Assembly: GCA_965202585.1 (NCBI GenBank)
Contig: OZ241830.1
Location: 37,882,001 to 37,946,000 of the forward strand
Direction of reading: 5' to 3'
DNA length: 64,000 nt
Source of the DNA: Thalia democratica
Lineage: Eukaryota
Positions 1 through 14,810 of this stretch are shown here, one piece after another. Position 1 is the stretch's first letter. Every line of letters begins with the position of its first letter. The position numbers and the translations under genes were made by a program. Under the pieces are notes generated by a model. It was not told the DNA's origin and did no database searches. It was given only the letters and a program-made list of their open reading frames with translations.

Positions 1-701
1 GTGCAAGCCCATCGACAGAGGCTTCCTGCCGTACTGGTACGCGAGGCAGTCTTCGATGGCGGGAACCTGGCACACGAGGACGTAAATGACGTCATTCCGC
101 CACGTGACGCACTTGCACGTGAACGGAGGCGATTCAGCGCAGTGGTAGTTGCAGGCGCCGAAGCTGGTGTTCTGCAAGTACACCTTTCCGCGGCGCACCT
201 TCGACCTTCCCTCGCTGAAGCCCTCCCTCAGGAAGCGCTCGACCGAGTGCAGCTGCATGCCGTGGTACAGGAGGGCCGGGTTCGGGTGGTCGCTGGCGTT
301 GGACTGCGAGTAAACTTCGTCAGGAAGCACGGAGCGGGACCGGTACTCGTCGTTGGGGATTACCCCGTACACGCCGAGGACGTCGGGCTCCCACCTGCTG
401 CTGTAGGGGTAGCCGGTGGACCGGAAAGCGCGGACGATCGTCTCGTAGTCCCTGCTCTTCTTCTGCATTCTTTCCAGCTTGTACCTGTGTTTTTTTTCAA
501 GGTGTTACCAAAAACTTATAGGTCGTAACGTGATAGCGGAGTAGTACTTTTTGATAAGGATATTTTAGTTTTTCACTTGTAAGTTTACAGGTTTAAAGTG
601 AGGTCCAACCTGCAGTTGGAGCTTGTAGGAACTTTTTCAAGTTTGCAACCGTCGCAATTCGGCTTGCAGCGCCAACTTCTGCATTCGTTCACTTCTTTCT
701 T
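1..701 (-). CDS. Divergent PARP-family (ART fold) ADP-ribosyltransferase, partial; internal exons 701..589 (or 610) and 484..<1
   Basis: Minus-strand exon after acceptor aaaacacAG translates YKLERMQKKSRDYETIVRAFRSTG...LLYHGMQLHSVERFLREGFSEGRSKVRRGKVYLQNTSFGACNYHCAESPPFTCKCVTWRNDVIYVLVCQV. This matches the PARP catalytic pattern LFHGT..I..GF..G.GxYF..S..Y..hhhCxV. Codons are strongly GC3-rich. The upstream Cys-rich exon KKEVNECRSWRCKPNCDGCKLEKVPTSSNC joins in phase 2. The + strand ORF 1..528 is its antisense shadow. Confidence 0.75.
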
Positions 702-1149
702 CTTGAAAAAACAACGAAACATTTAGTTTGTTGTTAAAGCCGTTGTAAGTTTGTAAATCTAAAATAGTTAAAACTTTATGCAAGCTTAAAAAAAACTTTA
801 TATGTAAAAGCTTTTTTTGTTAGTATATATTTTCATAATGTTAGTAAAATATTCATATATATTGAAAAGTAACAATGTAATTAAATGACGAAAATAATGT
901 AACTTTATGCAAAAGAAAATATATAATAAGAAAACACACGTTTTTTTAATTACTAGAAATGGTAGCTTTTTTAAACAACTCTAACATACAGATTTCCACA
1001 AAGATGTCAATATAGTTACATTATAAATACTATATTTAACTATATTTGTGGAGAAATTTTATTGCACTAAAAGCCAATATTTGAAAGATTTTTCTTTGAA
1101 GTTTTATTTTTTGTGGTTAAAAACAGTAGTTTTTAAAAATTCTCTAGGT

Positions 1150-1409
1150 CAGGGTTTCCCAAAATGGTCAAGTGGCCCCCTTTGGAGCCATTACAGAAAT
1201 TCAAGGGGGCTATGAGCAGTAGAGGGCCACAGTGGGGACATGAAGTCATAATTTTAAACTTTAACTGTATATTCTGGAGTTATTGATGAAGAGCAAAAAA
1301 AAAGTATCAACCGTTTTAATGGTAGTTTATTGAGAATTCTTGTTAAAGGGGCCGTAGCTTTTTAATTTCTTTAAATTGGGCCTTTTGAAAAAAAGTTTCG
1401 GAAACCCTG
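1150..1409. mobile_element. Non-autonomous hAT-like MITE
   Basis: Terminal inverted repeats CAGGGTTTCCC(AAAA) / (TTCG)GAAACCCTG; no ORF. Confidence 0.6.
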
Positions 1410-4400
1410 CTTTAAATTTTTTATGTTTTTATACGTAAAGAAAAATTTTATCGGAAAAAGTCTACATATTGTAAGAATAATTTTACTTTTGTCATACTAC
1501 AAACATTTTGTTGATAACAAGGAATATCAGCTAAAAGAAGATAAGAATAACTTACTGCAATTATTTGATTTTTTTTTTGATTATTAAATTTTAAAGAATT
1601 ATTCAAAAACTGATTGTACAGTTAAATAAGTTTATTTTGTGGTTTTTAGTTTTAAGTCTGTTAAAGATTTTTAGAGGAAGTTTTTGAAAATTAAATTTAT
1701 TTTGTTCGTTTTAAATGTAATCACCTAAAAATATTCACACTCAAAGTAAATATTTAATAAAGTATAAACTTAACTGTTGTAAAAGTATCATAATTGAAGC
1801 TAGGTATAAAATCTAAATCTACTCCAGCGAAATTTATACACATGTAAAATTTTTTGTATTTATTCTGCTTATGTCGATTTTTTAAAGGGTGTCCTATATC
1901 GAACACGGTACAATTTTGGTTTTTGTTTGACGTGTTATTCTAAGTGTCATAAGACATTTTTGCTGACTGGCGAGTTTTGATTGTACAACTTTGACATAAC
2001 ACCAGCTTTCTAATAACTGAACACAAACGACTTATTCTCATGGCATTTGATACATTTTAAACTAGATAAAGGTATTTTCAAAAAATTAAATTGTATAAAA
2101 AAATTGCTATCCAATAAAACATAGTTGTCAGAATTCAAATCTTTAAAATGATTCTGAACACCGAGTAAACGTTTGTTTGTTCAAAGTTGAATTTTTGTGT
2201 GAATAACTGTGTGGCAGGTTAATGTTTGTTGTACTAAAAAGTTTATACTTTATATAATAATAGTTTTGTTATAAAAAACATGTTGTATAAAGTACAATTT
2301 TAACGCTTTTGTTTGCAATGGTGTTTTTTCAACATGTCTTTTTCTGACTTTTATCATTAAGCTTTAAACGAAAATCGACAGGAAAAAAAACTTAAAAAAA
2401 TTATAAACTTTTAAAACTTAAAAACTTTTACAATTTATGTTTTGCTTAAATTAAATTTAGATGCTAGCTTTATTTTGATTAAGAAACTCATAAAAAGAAC
2501 CACTCGAGCAACATACCATTAAATTAAAAATACGAACCAGTTAGTAATAATGGAAAACAAATTCAAAAAATAAAAGTGAAAAGAGTATGTCAAATCAAAA
2601 AATAGTTAAATTGTGTAAAAAAAAAATATTCTAAGCACAACTTTAAGGCATAGGAAAGTTTAAAATGATACATATGAAATAAAATACTAAAGAAAAATTT
2701 TCCAATCAACAAATATCAAAACTAGTAACTTAGTTGGTACCTGAGGTCTCCTAGCAAGAAAGTTTTTACTTGATGATATTTGTATCAAAAACTAACTAAT
2801 TTAAACAACTGAAAGATTTATGCTAATCCCAGATTAATTTTAAGCTCCTTTAATTAGTAAGTAACTGATTTAAGCTGTTCCAAATTGACCACCATACACT
2901 TTTAAAATTTACAAGTATTTCACTTTAGAATTAATTATAAATGTTTACAACTGTTAACATTTTAAGTGGGGTGCTGTGTAAAAGTGTTAAAGAATTAAAA
3001 AACAAGATTATTTTAATTCTTAAAGCACTTTGTTGTTAAAAAAATAATCTTGTAATCTGATAGAAAAAAAATGTATTTAGAATAACTTTATTGCAATAAA
3101 AAAGAGCTGCTACTATTGATTTAGTTTGACTACTACTACATTACTAGCGCGGTTGTACCAATTTTCAGAGTTTTCTTTTTAAACCTAAAGCAAAAGTCGT
3201 TTTCAAATTTCTATACAGCGAAAACAAAAGGGTTACAAAAATAACTTTACTTCTTTTTACTCTAAAAAACGCGATATGCATTGTATTGTATTTTTTCGAG
3301 AAAGTTTTAATTTACCATTCAAAATTTCGTTTTCCTTTAAAAAAAACCTATTATTTTGTTATGATTTATAAACTTTTTAGGGTTAAAACTCTTACTAAAT
3401 CTCAAATTTAAAAATGGCCTTTACCAGCGGCCGTCGAACTCATAAAATTCTGTGCCCACTAAACTGCGAAAAATAGTTTCTGTGTACACCTAATTTACGC
3501 CGCTAGTGGTAGGAACAAGTGAATATCTTTAATTTTTATCATAAGGATACTGCAGCAGTTTCTGCGCTTTGTTGGAACCTAGATTATATCTTCATGGAAA
3601 ACTCCCACAAAATTATTCATTTCTTTATGTTTTCAACAAAAGTTGTTTTACTATCTTATTTTCACAACAACATTATTATTTGCATCGCTCAACTCTTACT
3701 TTTGAAATCACAGAGAAAATTACCATCCTGAAAATACTTACAGAATTTAAGTGGAATCCGGCCCGCAAAAGGTAAAACTTACATTAGATATTCTAGGAAT
3801 TAAAATGTATACGAAAAAATTATAAGTATAACTTACGGGAAATAAAAAACTTCATAATAAATAAAGTCATATAGAATTAGAATTTTGGCAAAAATAATTA
3901 AACTATTTTCGTGTATAACATAAAACGTAAATGTTTTTGACAGCCAATAAATATTTTTTACAGCTGGTCCGCTGAATAAAAACGCTGCACACCATTAACT
4001 TAAATATTAGTTTAGCAAAAACATTTAAACAATTCAACTGATATCTGGTCATCTTAGTACACAGAATTAACTAACTACTGCGAATTAAATTTCTTATTTT
4101 TGTTGATTTTTATTTTATATAAACAAATAAGCAAAAAAAAAAAAACGCAGTTAAAAAACTTGAGTCCATTAAAAGCCGTATTTTCTGGTAATCTTTTCAC
4201 TTGACTTATGTACCCGCTGTCCTGGTCTGTCAATCTTATGCTGCACTGATACGATACTTGTCATTCCGTTTCTTAAATGTTAGATGTTTAGACTCAGTTT
4301 AAAACTAATTACTGTTAAAATTTAAAGACAAAACTATTTTTACAACTTCAGTACTTGTAAGGAAAAAGTTAATTCTAAAATCAATGAGTTTAAAAAAGTT

Positions 4401-6636
4401 TACTTACTTTTTTAAGGTACTTCAATGAATAGCTAATATACTAGTTTTCTGGTGCATTGCTTTTTGATACAATATAATATGACTTAGTACATAAAAGTCA
4501 AAAAATTGTCAATAAAATACTCTATAGGATATTTAGGATAACTATCAAAACTATCCTGTGTTTAAAAAAAAAAATTTAAACAAGTCTATGATTTACTAAT
4601 TTTTTAAACTCGTCTTAGTTATATTGAGTGTGTGGCAAGTCTGTTTGGTAATAAACTGATTGTCTCTACCTGCTTTAGACCTTCAACTAATTTGAAAGAT
4701 TATAAAATTTTAACTATTTTAAAACTATTCAATAAAAAAACAGATTACGCCTCAAAACAAAGTAGTAACAATCAAAAAGTCTCTAAATTCAAGTATAGTA
4801 TGCAACTTTTAAGTACATTTTTAAAAGTAAACTAATTTAAGTGACATTTTTTTATCTTTTAATTAATGAAATGTATCTAATTAATACATAAATCTAATGG
4901 AATATACAAATTTTTCACATGTATGTAATTGTAAGAAGTTATAAAAGTTAAAAAAAATTAAGACTTAACACATTGTAAAACAAAAAAAAACACTCAGAGA
5001 CTCAATAAAGGTCTAACTCAAACTTAAGTTATTATTTTTAGATCGAAAACTAAACAGCTGAAAAGTTTAGGTTAAACAAGTTACCTAAAAATAAAAACAT
5101 TATTATAAACACCAAATTACTAAACATTGACTTGAAATATCTTTTTAAAACAAAAATGTAAGTCAAAAAAACTAGCCTGACATATTTTTCAATATAATCT
5201 CAAACAAGCTTGAATCAATCTGAGTATTTTAAATCTTTCTTAAGTGTGGCAACACTGTATTAATCATATAAGCTTAATTTTTTCTTAACTTTTCATGTAA
5301 AGGAAATTCTAAACCGAAATCGAAATAAATATCAAAAAAAAAGTATTTTTTATAAAACTGTTATCCTTTTAGAAAAAAAATAAGCCAAATATTGACTGAA
5401 TAAATAAAATTTAGATTTATTTTTGTTAAATAATGTACTACATTACAGAAAAGATTTGAAAAAATTGGTTTAGTATAAATTTTACAATTAAAAACAAATA
5501 CTTAATTTTACCTGTAAATATATATGTATGCTTAAGAATAGTTATTACTAAAGTGCGTTACTAAAAACATTTTTTAAATCTCATGTTAAAAATAAATGTT
5601 TATTTAGATTGTAGTGTGCGTAGTGTGTTTATTTCTTTTACTTACAAAAGGCTATTTTATTGTTGAATCAGGAAATTGTTAATAGAATTTGTAATTTAAA
5701 TTAGTTAAAACTACAGGGGTTGCCACTCATTGAAAAAAACTAAGATAGCCTGGATGACTACAGACTGTAATGAGTTAATCAAGGCAGCCTTGAAATAACT
5801 TGTAGTTTATCAAAAAACTGAAATACAGTTAATACTTGCTAAATAGCAAAAATGTTACCTAAAATGTATCATACTATTATAATGGCTAAATAAAAACATA
5901 TCAAATAAAAAAATTTAAAAAGTAAAGCCAGAGATTTAAAAAAATTATTTTCACAAAAAAATAACTAGTCTGAGTCAATCTGAACTTTTGTAAAATATAT
6001 TTTAATCTTTTTTAGTTTGAAAGACCTTAATTTATGTAAATTTTAAGTACGTTTTATAACAAACAATACTTTAATTACAAAACTGAAAGTTCTACAATAA
6101 CAGAACGAAAGAAAAATGTGAACGGTCACATTTATGGTCAATGGATTGGAGTGGAGAAAGACCTTTTGGTCATCAAGCTTCACACCAATATTTTATAACA
6201 TTTTTTGAGCAGTTTCAATTAAAACAATAAAAAATCAGTATTGTTATTTATTAACAGTTTTCTTTTTTTTCTTTTTAAAGTTTTATTACTTAAATTAACT
6301 AAAAACAATATCATTTTTAAAAAGAAAAAATTGATGTGCAATCTTTTTTATACCCATTTCTGTTAATATTGACTATTGAAACCATAGTCTACCATGGGCA
6401 CCACACTGTCTCCTCCCTTTGATTTTAATTTTTACGATCGTTTACGTTCACATTTTTCTAGTCTTTTTAAAAGAACAACCACGAAAAATTCAATATAAAG
6501 TTCCATAGTAACATAAGAAGGTAGAGGTGGTAAAAATGTTGTGAAAAAATATATATATCTTATCTTCAAGTACTGACAACTTTTTTATTTTTTAAAAGAA
6601 AGTTTACCATATTTTTGTAAAAGTGACCTGTATCAG

Positions 6637-8390
6637 ATACTGCTTTATGGATCACAGAAGGAAAGTTCTCAGCAGATTTACCTCTTATCCTACTGAGTTG
6701 CCAGGCGTTCTGATCTCTGGTAGAGTTTTTAGAGTACAAGTGAAAGTATTGACCATGGTGGGTCATCAAGTGCAAACAATGAACTCTGTAAAATGTTTGT
6801 TTGACTTTATAAAAACAGAATTAGAATGGAAATTTAAAAAAAAAAAGCCAAAGATTAAAAAAAATGTGTTTGATAAACCTAACTTTAAAGAAAATATTCT
6901 GAGTGACCTTAAGCTGTCCTGACATTGTGATATTTTTTTCGAATTTGAATAAAAAATTAAAAGCTTTTTAAAACTAATGAAAATCAAGTTATTCAAAAAC
7001 TTTTTTATAAAATATGAAAATATTAAAATTAAATCTTTATCAAAACCTAAAAAAATAAGCCTAAGACTTTAGAAAACCTTAAAGCAGTCCTAAATTAAAA
7101 AAAAAACAAAACGATCCTGAATAAAAAAAACATAATCAAAATTCGAGAGTTATAGTAATCCATCCTTATTTTTTACAAATTATCTAAATACCCGGAGTAT
7201 CCTGAATGAGAGGTAACCCTTAATTTTAGTTAACCTAAGATTTTGAAAAAAAAATGATTGCCACTTTTTGGGGTTTTAAAAACTATCCTAAAAGAACAGT
7301 CCTGTATCAGAAATTTAAAAGAACTTTAGAAAATACTAAACAAATTTACAAACAAATTAAAATTTTTCAGAACTTTTTTGGATATACAGTATTTAAGTAT
7401 TGAAACTTGAAAAGCTAAATCTTTAAGATTTAAATGAGTTGAAGTAAATTTACCCTGAGTTTTAATTAAATCATTTTGACCTAGGTATACTGATACTTTT
7501 AAAACTTAAAATTTGAGTTATTCTTAATATATTAAATTACCTAGGGTTCCAAATGTTTTTGAGGATATTTTCAGGTTTTCTAAACTAATTTCGCTTTTGT
7601 AAAAGTACAAGTTATTGACTCTATTTATAATTTAAATGTAAGTTTAGAAAAAAATGTTTTAAATTGTATAAAAACATTAAAAAGATACTGTAAAGCTACT
7701 TAATTTTTTTTTATATAACAATTTTTTGTGATGTCTAAAATAAACTTTTCCATGTTAGATTTTTGTGTCAAATTGAATTTTTATTACTAAAATTTTAAAG
7801 TTTTGTTTAGTTTCTATGATGTTCCAGGTTTTATACTGTTCATTGTTTTAAGTTCAAGGTTTCCTCAAAATTTCTTAAATTCATGGATTTTTCATGTATT
7901 TTAGCCTAAATAGTCAAATTCCATATTTTTTCAGGACTTCAGATCTTTTGGCAACCCTGGTTATCTGAAGGTGTGTGAAGAAATTAAAGAATATACTGAG
8001 TATCCTGACTCAATGTATTAGAAAACTCTGGTAATATTATTAACTTCTTAGTTTTAAAGTTGTCAAAAGTATAACTGTATGAATTTATTTTAATAAAACA
8101 ATTACTATTATGTCAAAATAATATTCACATTAATTATGAAAAAAAATATTATGTGTTAATGTAAAAAATAATTACCGATCACTACATTATATATTTCATC
8201 ATAACAATACTTAGTAATTTGTATTGTAGCACAAAGCTTAAACTAGAAGATTTAATGAAATTAAATAAAGTTGTATACTAACATTTTCTTTATGAAATCT
8301 TAGAAATTCACTTTAAGAAGATTCTTTATAAGGCTCTTCCAGGAGAATGGATCTTACATTAATGATTTATTTACAATGAAATCGGTTTAG
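6637..8390 (+). pseudogene. Possible decayed multi-exon gene of unknown product (exons about 6637-6719, 7971-8030, 8304-8390)
   Basis: Three AG..GT-bounded segments join in phase 0: DTALWITEGKFSADLPLILLSCQAF*SL / VCEEIKEYTEYPDSMY*KTL / KFTLRRFFIRLFQENG. The stops are explicable by single C>T changes. A MITE end lies just upstream of the second acceptor. Not identified. Confidence 0.25.
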
Positions 8391-9840
8391 TCTGGAAAGT
8401 ATACTTAAAAATCAGTCTGATTTGCATTACTGCAAACTAAGATTTTTTTATAAGCATTTTGATTATTTTTATTTATACCCTTATCCCTAGCCCACCCTAA
8501 CCATACATAAACAACATTAACCAAAAAAAATTTTTTTTAATAATTACAATTGAAAAAAAATCATGAATAAAATATTTTTATTGCTGACTCAAAAAATATG
8601 CTAATCAAACTGACTTTAAGTTTACTACTCAATTTGGAGTTTCTTTTAACAGAAAAGTTATAAATGATAAAGGTTTTTAGCTTAAAATGCCAAGCGTCCA
8701 GTCTTGACTTCAGAAAATATAATTTAAAAAACAATTAAACTCAACAAAAATTTATTTATAATGAATCTGCTTTGAAAAATAGTTAGGAGAAAATACCAGA
8801 ATGAACTTAAAAAAAGGTTTTTATTAAGTAGAGTTGCCAAAAATACAGAGATCTGAATACTTATAAAACGAGTGTTTGTATTATACTGAAACATTATATA
8901 TGCTTGAGTTTTTTTTTATTAAAATCGCAAATATGGTCAGCTCAGCAGACTTCAAAATTAAAACAAGCCACTAAAAAGTTTTAAATTTGCAATATTAATT
9001 AAATAGTAAAAGTACTCGGTTCAGTTTTAAAAATATGTTACTGGTTTATGTCTAAAAGTTGTTAAACAATTTTTTATTACTATTCATTTAACTTTTTTTT
9101 TTTGTTAATCTGTTTCTCAAAATTATATACACTACTTATTAAAATATATTTTTTTATATCTTAAGTTTAATTTCTTAAACTCATTTCCTGTTTATTTTCG
9201 TTTTTAAAGTTGAAATTTTGTTATCAACGCTAAAACTACGGTCAACATGTTAATTCTACTACTTTATCCTTGTTTTTACCTATAAAAACTAATGATCTCA
9301 ATGTTAATTCTTAATTTATAAGTCCGTGTGACAAAATGGCTTTTACCGTGTGCAAGTGCAGTAATGTTCTTAAAATTGTTTCATTGTGGACAAAAAGTTT
9401 AGTACAGTGAAAAATATTAGTTTAGTTGTTTTTACTTAGTTTTATTAACCAGAAAAAGTACATTATAACATAAGTTAATGGTTTTCCAAAAGTTGTTTGT
9501 ATATTAAGACATCTTAATCATAAAAAAATAATATTTGTTGTAGAAATTTAGGAGTTTAGTAGCTTAGAGTGCACTGAATTTTTTTTCCAGTAATTAACTG
9601 TGCACAGCTTTTGTAAATGAGGAAAATCACTGATCTAAAATGGTTGTAACTCTTTCTAATAATTAATTTAATCTGTTTATAACTTTTTTTAATGCAAGGA
9701 TTTTATAATTTTGGTATGCAACTTGTGTTTTGTACAACTTTTTTAATGAAAACCTTCATCTTATTAATTTGCAAGTGTGCATTATAAAAGTTACTTAATA
9801 ATAGTTTTGAATGAAACTCCTGATCTAAAAAAACAATTTA

Positions 9841-10191
9841 CAGGGTTGCCAAACCTGGAAAAAAATGGAATTTGAGAATTTAGGCTAAAAAACTGGAAAA
9901 ACCTTGAATTTTATACAATTTTTACATGTTAAGTAGAAAGTTTGATTTGACACAATAAATCTACAATATAGATATATTTTTTTGTCATCTTAAATTTTTT
10001 TATTAATAAACACATGAAGAAGTAGCTTAACAGTATCTTTTCAAAGTTTTTTTTACTATTTAACACAGTTTTTACCTTAAACTTAACTTAATACTAAAAA
10101 TAGACCCAAAAATGTGTAATCTCAAAAATCTGGAGGAAATTTTAAAAACCCAAAGAAAATTTGCTATATATATATATATTTGGCAACCTTG
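9841..10191. mobile_element. MITE family 1 (CAGGGTTGCCA termini), about 350 bp
   Basis: TIR cagggttgccaaa / tttggcaaccttg; internal blocks (tttttacatgttaagtag, cttaacagtatctttt, aaaaacctggaa) shared with other copies. Confidence 0.7.
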
Positions 10192-10423
10192 CAAGTTATA
10201 TTTCCGAGCATTTATTTAAGTATCTTATTTTAAAGCAGATTTATACAACATTTTTCTGCTTCATTTTTTAGTGGGTTTGTTATTATGTATAGGAAATAAA
10301 AATAGGGTTTCAACTAATTTTGTATGCTACCAAGACAAAACTGTAGTGATAATTTTATTTTTCTATTTGCAAAATATTTTCAATTTGAAATACTTTTTTT
10401 GGTCATAGTCAAACAGCTTATAA

Positions 10424-10793
10424 CAGGATTGCCACTTTACCTAAAAAACTTTAAAAATCTGGAGCTTGAGAAATTAAAAAAAAACCTGGAATTTTGAACA
10501 AAAGTCACTAAAAAACCTGGAATTTTTAACAATTTATAATCTCAAGTAGTGAAATTTTGATTGTCAGAAAAAAACAATTACAAGAAAAATAATTTTGTCA
10601 ATATCAAAATATTTTTATTAAAAAACACATTTAAAGTTACTTAACAGTATCTTTTCAATGTTTTTATACTATTTAACAGAGTTTTTTACCTTCAACTTAA
10701 CTTTAAACTAAAAATAAACCCAAAAATGTCTACTTTTAAAAACCTGAAGGAATTTTGAAAACCCTGGAAAAATTTTTGGAAAAAACAACCCTG
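10424..10793. mobile_element. MITE family 1 copy
   Basis: caggattgcca ... caaccctg termini; internal sequence similar to 9841-10191. Confidence 0.65.
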
Positions 10794-11139
10794 TTATAAA
10801 AAATAAAAAAATTACCTTTGGTTTAAACTGCAAATTTAAATTTGTATTTGTGTGTTGACATTTAAATTAACATCACCTGCTTTTAGGTTTTTACTTGAAG
10901 TAAAAAACAAGTTCTAAACCTAAATAGACATATTTAAATGAACAACTTTTGGGAATCTGCTTTGTGTAATTAGTGTGTTAGTTTTTTTTTAAACATTTAT
11001 TTTGTTAGATGATATAACACTGTTGTAGCCAAACTGTATGTAATTTTTTTATATTTTAAATTACTTATTGTATTGTATAAGAAATATAACATATTTTATA
11101 TAAAACCAACTTGGTTAAAATTTTTGAGCTAATTAGATT

Positions 11140-12940
11140 TGTTTAAAACCAATTAAGAAATGTTATCAACTAAGCGCTTATTAGCCAAAAGCTTATGTAT
11201 TCAATTTACTTAAAGTTTCATCAGCTTGAGTTATTCTAACAGTATTAATTTCTTTATAAAGGTTTAAGCATTTCAATAAGTTTTTGCAGACACAAGGTTA
11301 TGTGTAGTTATGTACAAAAGTTTCAAAATATTTTGTAGTGAAACGTTAAATTATTGTATAAAATATGTTTTTTTAACAAATGTTTTTTGAGTTAGTACAT
11401 TTAGACAAATAAAAATTGTCAATTTATATCAGAGAATATATACTTCAAGATCTTTACATATATATGTATAGTGTGTTTAGAGATAGTAATCACTCTACAA
11501 AAGATGTAAAACTACTTCGAAGTATATATTCTAAAAGTAAAAGATCTTTAAAAACAAAATTTTAAAAATGTTCAGTTTTCATTTTGCATTAACATCATAT
11601 GATTCCACACACTCAGCCTAAATAGAGTAACTCTAGCTAATTTGAAATAACTTTAATATATCACCAAATCAAACTGCTTGTATTTTTCAAGATTTTCTGA
11701 CAAACTCAGGACAGTTTAAAGGGTGTTTGTATTAATTTATGCAACTTTATTTTATTGAAACTTAGTTGATTTACTTTATAAAACTCTGATACTTATAGTT
11801 AATTCATGCTGAGCTAATTTAGTTATTTTACTTTCCCGTATTGATCCCGTATTCGTTTATTAAGTAAAATTATGTTCCTTGGGGTTAGCTTCGCTTAAAA
11901 ATGAGAAATGTATTGTCCTCAAAAATTTCCTGTGGAAATTAAAATGAATTAGGTTAATTTGATAAAAATGTTTTTTAAGAAGTTATTAATAAAATTTAAA
12001 CAGCTTATAAAATAATAGACATTTTGTTTGGTTTTAACTTTACGTTTCACTTAATAACTGAAACGTCACTATAGTAAGGTTTTAGTCAATAAAATTTTGA
12101 CATTTGAGTTTACATAGTGTTTTTAAAGCAATTATATTGCATAGAAAAATTAAATCTAAATTGGTTTGCTTAAATATTACTAGAGTATAAGTATTTTTAT
12201 GTACTCTTTTTATTTTGAATAATGATACAAAATAATAAACATTTCGAAAACTGTATGCACTATTTTTTTTGTTTGTGATTGCATACCGTTTAACAAATAT
12301 AACATAATACATAATTAAACCAAATTATTCAAAAGCTTAAAGTAACCTTCTTATTATATAGTGCAAGTTAGTTATATTCATTCAGAGCCAAGTAGTAAGC
12401 TCTAATTACTAAGCATTTATAGCTTATTGAGTTGAAAGCTTATTAATTTAACCTTGCATTTTGCAACAATTAAACTGTTTTAAAACTAACAAATTCTTTT
12501 CTAAGATGAAAGCTATTAATAGGTTTTTGCAGACACAAGGTTATAGGAAGTTATGAACACAAGCAAGGGTTTTAAAATAATTAGTAGCAGAAGACAAAAT
12601 ACTTGTATTAAGTATGTTTTTTTATTAAAAGTTCTTTTAAGTAGGGAAGAAATAACAAAAACATAAAAATAACTCAATTATATTCAATTTATCAAATGTA
12701 TAAAAGATCTTTATATATATGTATATTATTTGGATAAACTAAGTGATCATCTTTGTAAAATCTGAAAAAAAAATTAAGAAGTTTAATTAACTAATTGTGT
12801 CAGATGTTTAAAAATTTTGAAAAACCTATTTTTATTTTATTTTAGAGAATTATATAGTTTCGAAACGTTTCCAAATGTTAACTCTTGCTAGTTTGAATTA
12901 ACGTGATTAACTTGCAAAATCAAGCTGTTTTTTTTTCAGG
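11140..12940. repeat. Old diverged direct duplication (about 11140-11700 vs 12400-12940)
   Basis: Shared collinear motifs such as gtttttgcagacacaaggttat, aagatcttta(c/t)atatatatgtata and taactct(a/t)gcta. Confidence 0.5.
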
Positions 12941-14810
12941 GTTGCTAAAAATTTGACAATTTAGACTAAAAAACCTAGAATTTGAATAACTTTGAAAAAA
13001 AAAGAAAAAACTGGAATTTTAAATAAAAATCATTAAAAAAGCCTGGAAATTTTAAAAATGTTAACATGTTAAGTAGTAAAATTTCAATTTGATACATCCA
13101 TCCAATTTGATACAAAAATTCTATCATGTAGATAAACATTTTTTTGTAAATAGTTAGACTAATTCAGACTAGTTTAATTTTTTAAGTATGTTATCTTTTG
13201 AATCAATATTGCACTTTTAAAACAAAACATTTTTTGATATAGGTAAAAAGTTTTGTCAGATCCTATATATATGTTCATATTATATTACTTTATGTATTTA
13301 ATTTATTAGTTCTGAAAAAGTATATATTTTTTCTTCCTTTTATATACATTGTGTACTGTTATAAACTGGAAGCTGCTTAAAAAATAAGATAAGCATTCTG
13401 TTTTATTTTTAAATGGTGTTGCGGTGATATTAGCTTTATTACTTCATTTATATATCATTTAAATTAACTTCAAGATAGTATTAAATACAACATTTTTGAC
13501 TAAGTTAATAGCAGTCAAATATTTTGATAAAGGCTTATGTTAAATTAGTTATAGTCTGTTACTAAAAGTACTTATAATCCATTAAAATGTTGAAAAAATG
13601 AACAAATTATGTAAAGCTAATTAAAAATGATCAGCTAAACAAACAATATTTGATTTTGGTCAACTAACCATATATAAGTACTTATTAGCATACTTAAAAA
13701 AAATTTAGTGACTATAAACTCAACATTTTTTATTAGAAGAGGATTAAATAGTGTAGTAACCATTTTACCTGAAGTTTGATATTTTCGAATAAAAAAATTG
13801 GGATATAAACAAAAATAATTAAAATACAAGTTAATAAAAAAAATAAAGTAAATAAAACTCAGACAAAAAAAGTTAAATACAATATTGCTTTTTTTAAGTT
13901 GTACAATAATTAAAGTACAAAAGAGAATAAAGTATTAAGTAAAGAAAAAGGTAAAACTAAGGATGTTTTTTTAAAACAAGACTTAAAAATATCTAATTCA
14001 ATGTTGGTCAAACAAGTCTACTTAGGATAACATCTCAGATTAGTTTAAAGCTTTCGAAAACTCATAGTATTAACATTTTTTTTCTAAATCTCAGGGTAGT
14101 TATTTTTACTTTAACACTTTTTTGTCCTACCAGTTTTTTTTTTGTTTACCATCTACGTATTTTTAGGTGCTTTTATTCAAATAAGTGGTTGAAACTGGTT
14201 ATACAAAAAAAAATCAAGTGAGGTAGAAGCTCAATGTATTTTAAAAGTATTAACTGAAAATGCAGACAGTTACAGTAGTATTATAAATTTAAGTACATTT
14301 TTTGCATGTTTTGTCGTGTGAATTTTATATTGCATAATCAAATTTTGAAATCCATTCGTAAAGAAACTTAGTAATTGTATAAAAGTTTTAATAAACAATT
14401 TTTATCACATGGTTTTTCTATTTATTTATTATTTACATTACCATAAACAGTTATTTTGTTTACTATATGGGTGATATTAAATAGTTATTATAATTTTTTC
14501 ATAAACTCAAGCTGAAATTTTGCCTCTAAGAATTATATTTTGCCTCAATATATGTTCATTAAAATAGTCCAAAGTGGTTGTGGCTCAAATGAGATTAAAC
14601 CTTTTTCCTAGCACTACAGCTAAGATTGTACTATCGATTGACTTGATTAGTTATAACTTTTGAAAATTGATTTTAAAGCATGTCTACCATGCTTACATTT
14701 AAATATAACCAAAACGGTAAGTGTTTAGTTTAAATGCAATTTTAAATTAAAAAAAAGTAACCAAAAAGTAATTGCTTTTATCAACATCAAGCAGAAGCTT
14801 TAAACATACT

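Noticed and set aside
1-528. 175-aa + strand ORF
   Set aside because: Antisense shadow of the GC3-rich PARP-like exon on the minus strand.
6566-6775. 69-aa minus-strand ORF as a real exon
   Set aside because: No consistent neighbouring exons or recognisable domain; it competes with a + strand decayed-exon reading.
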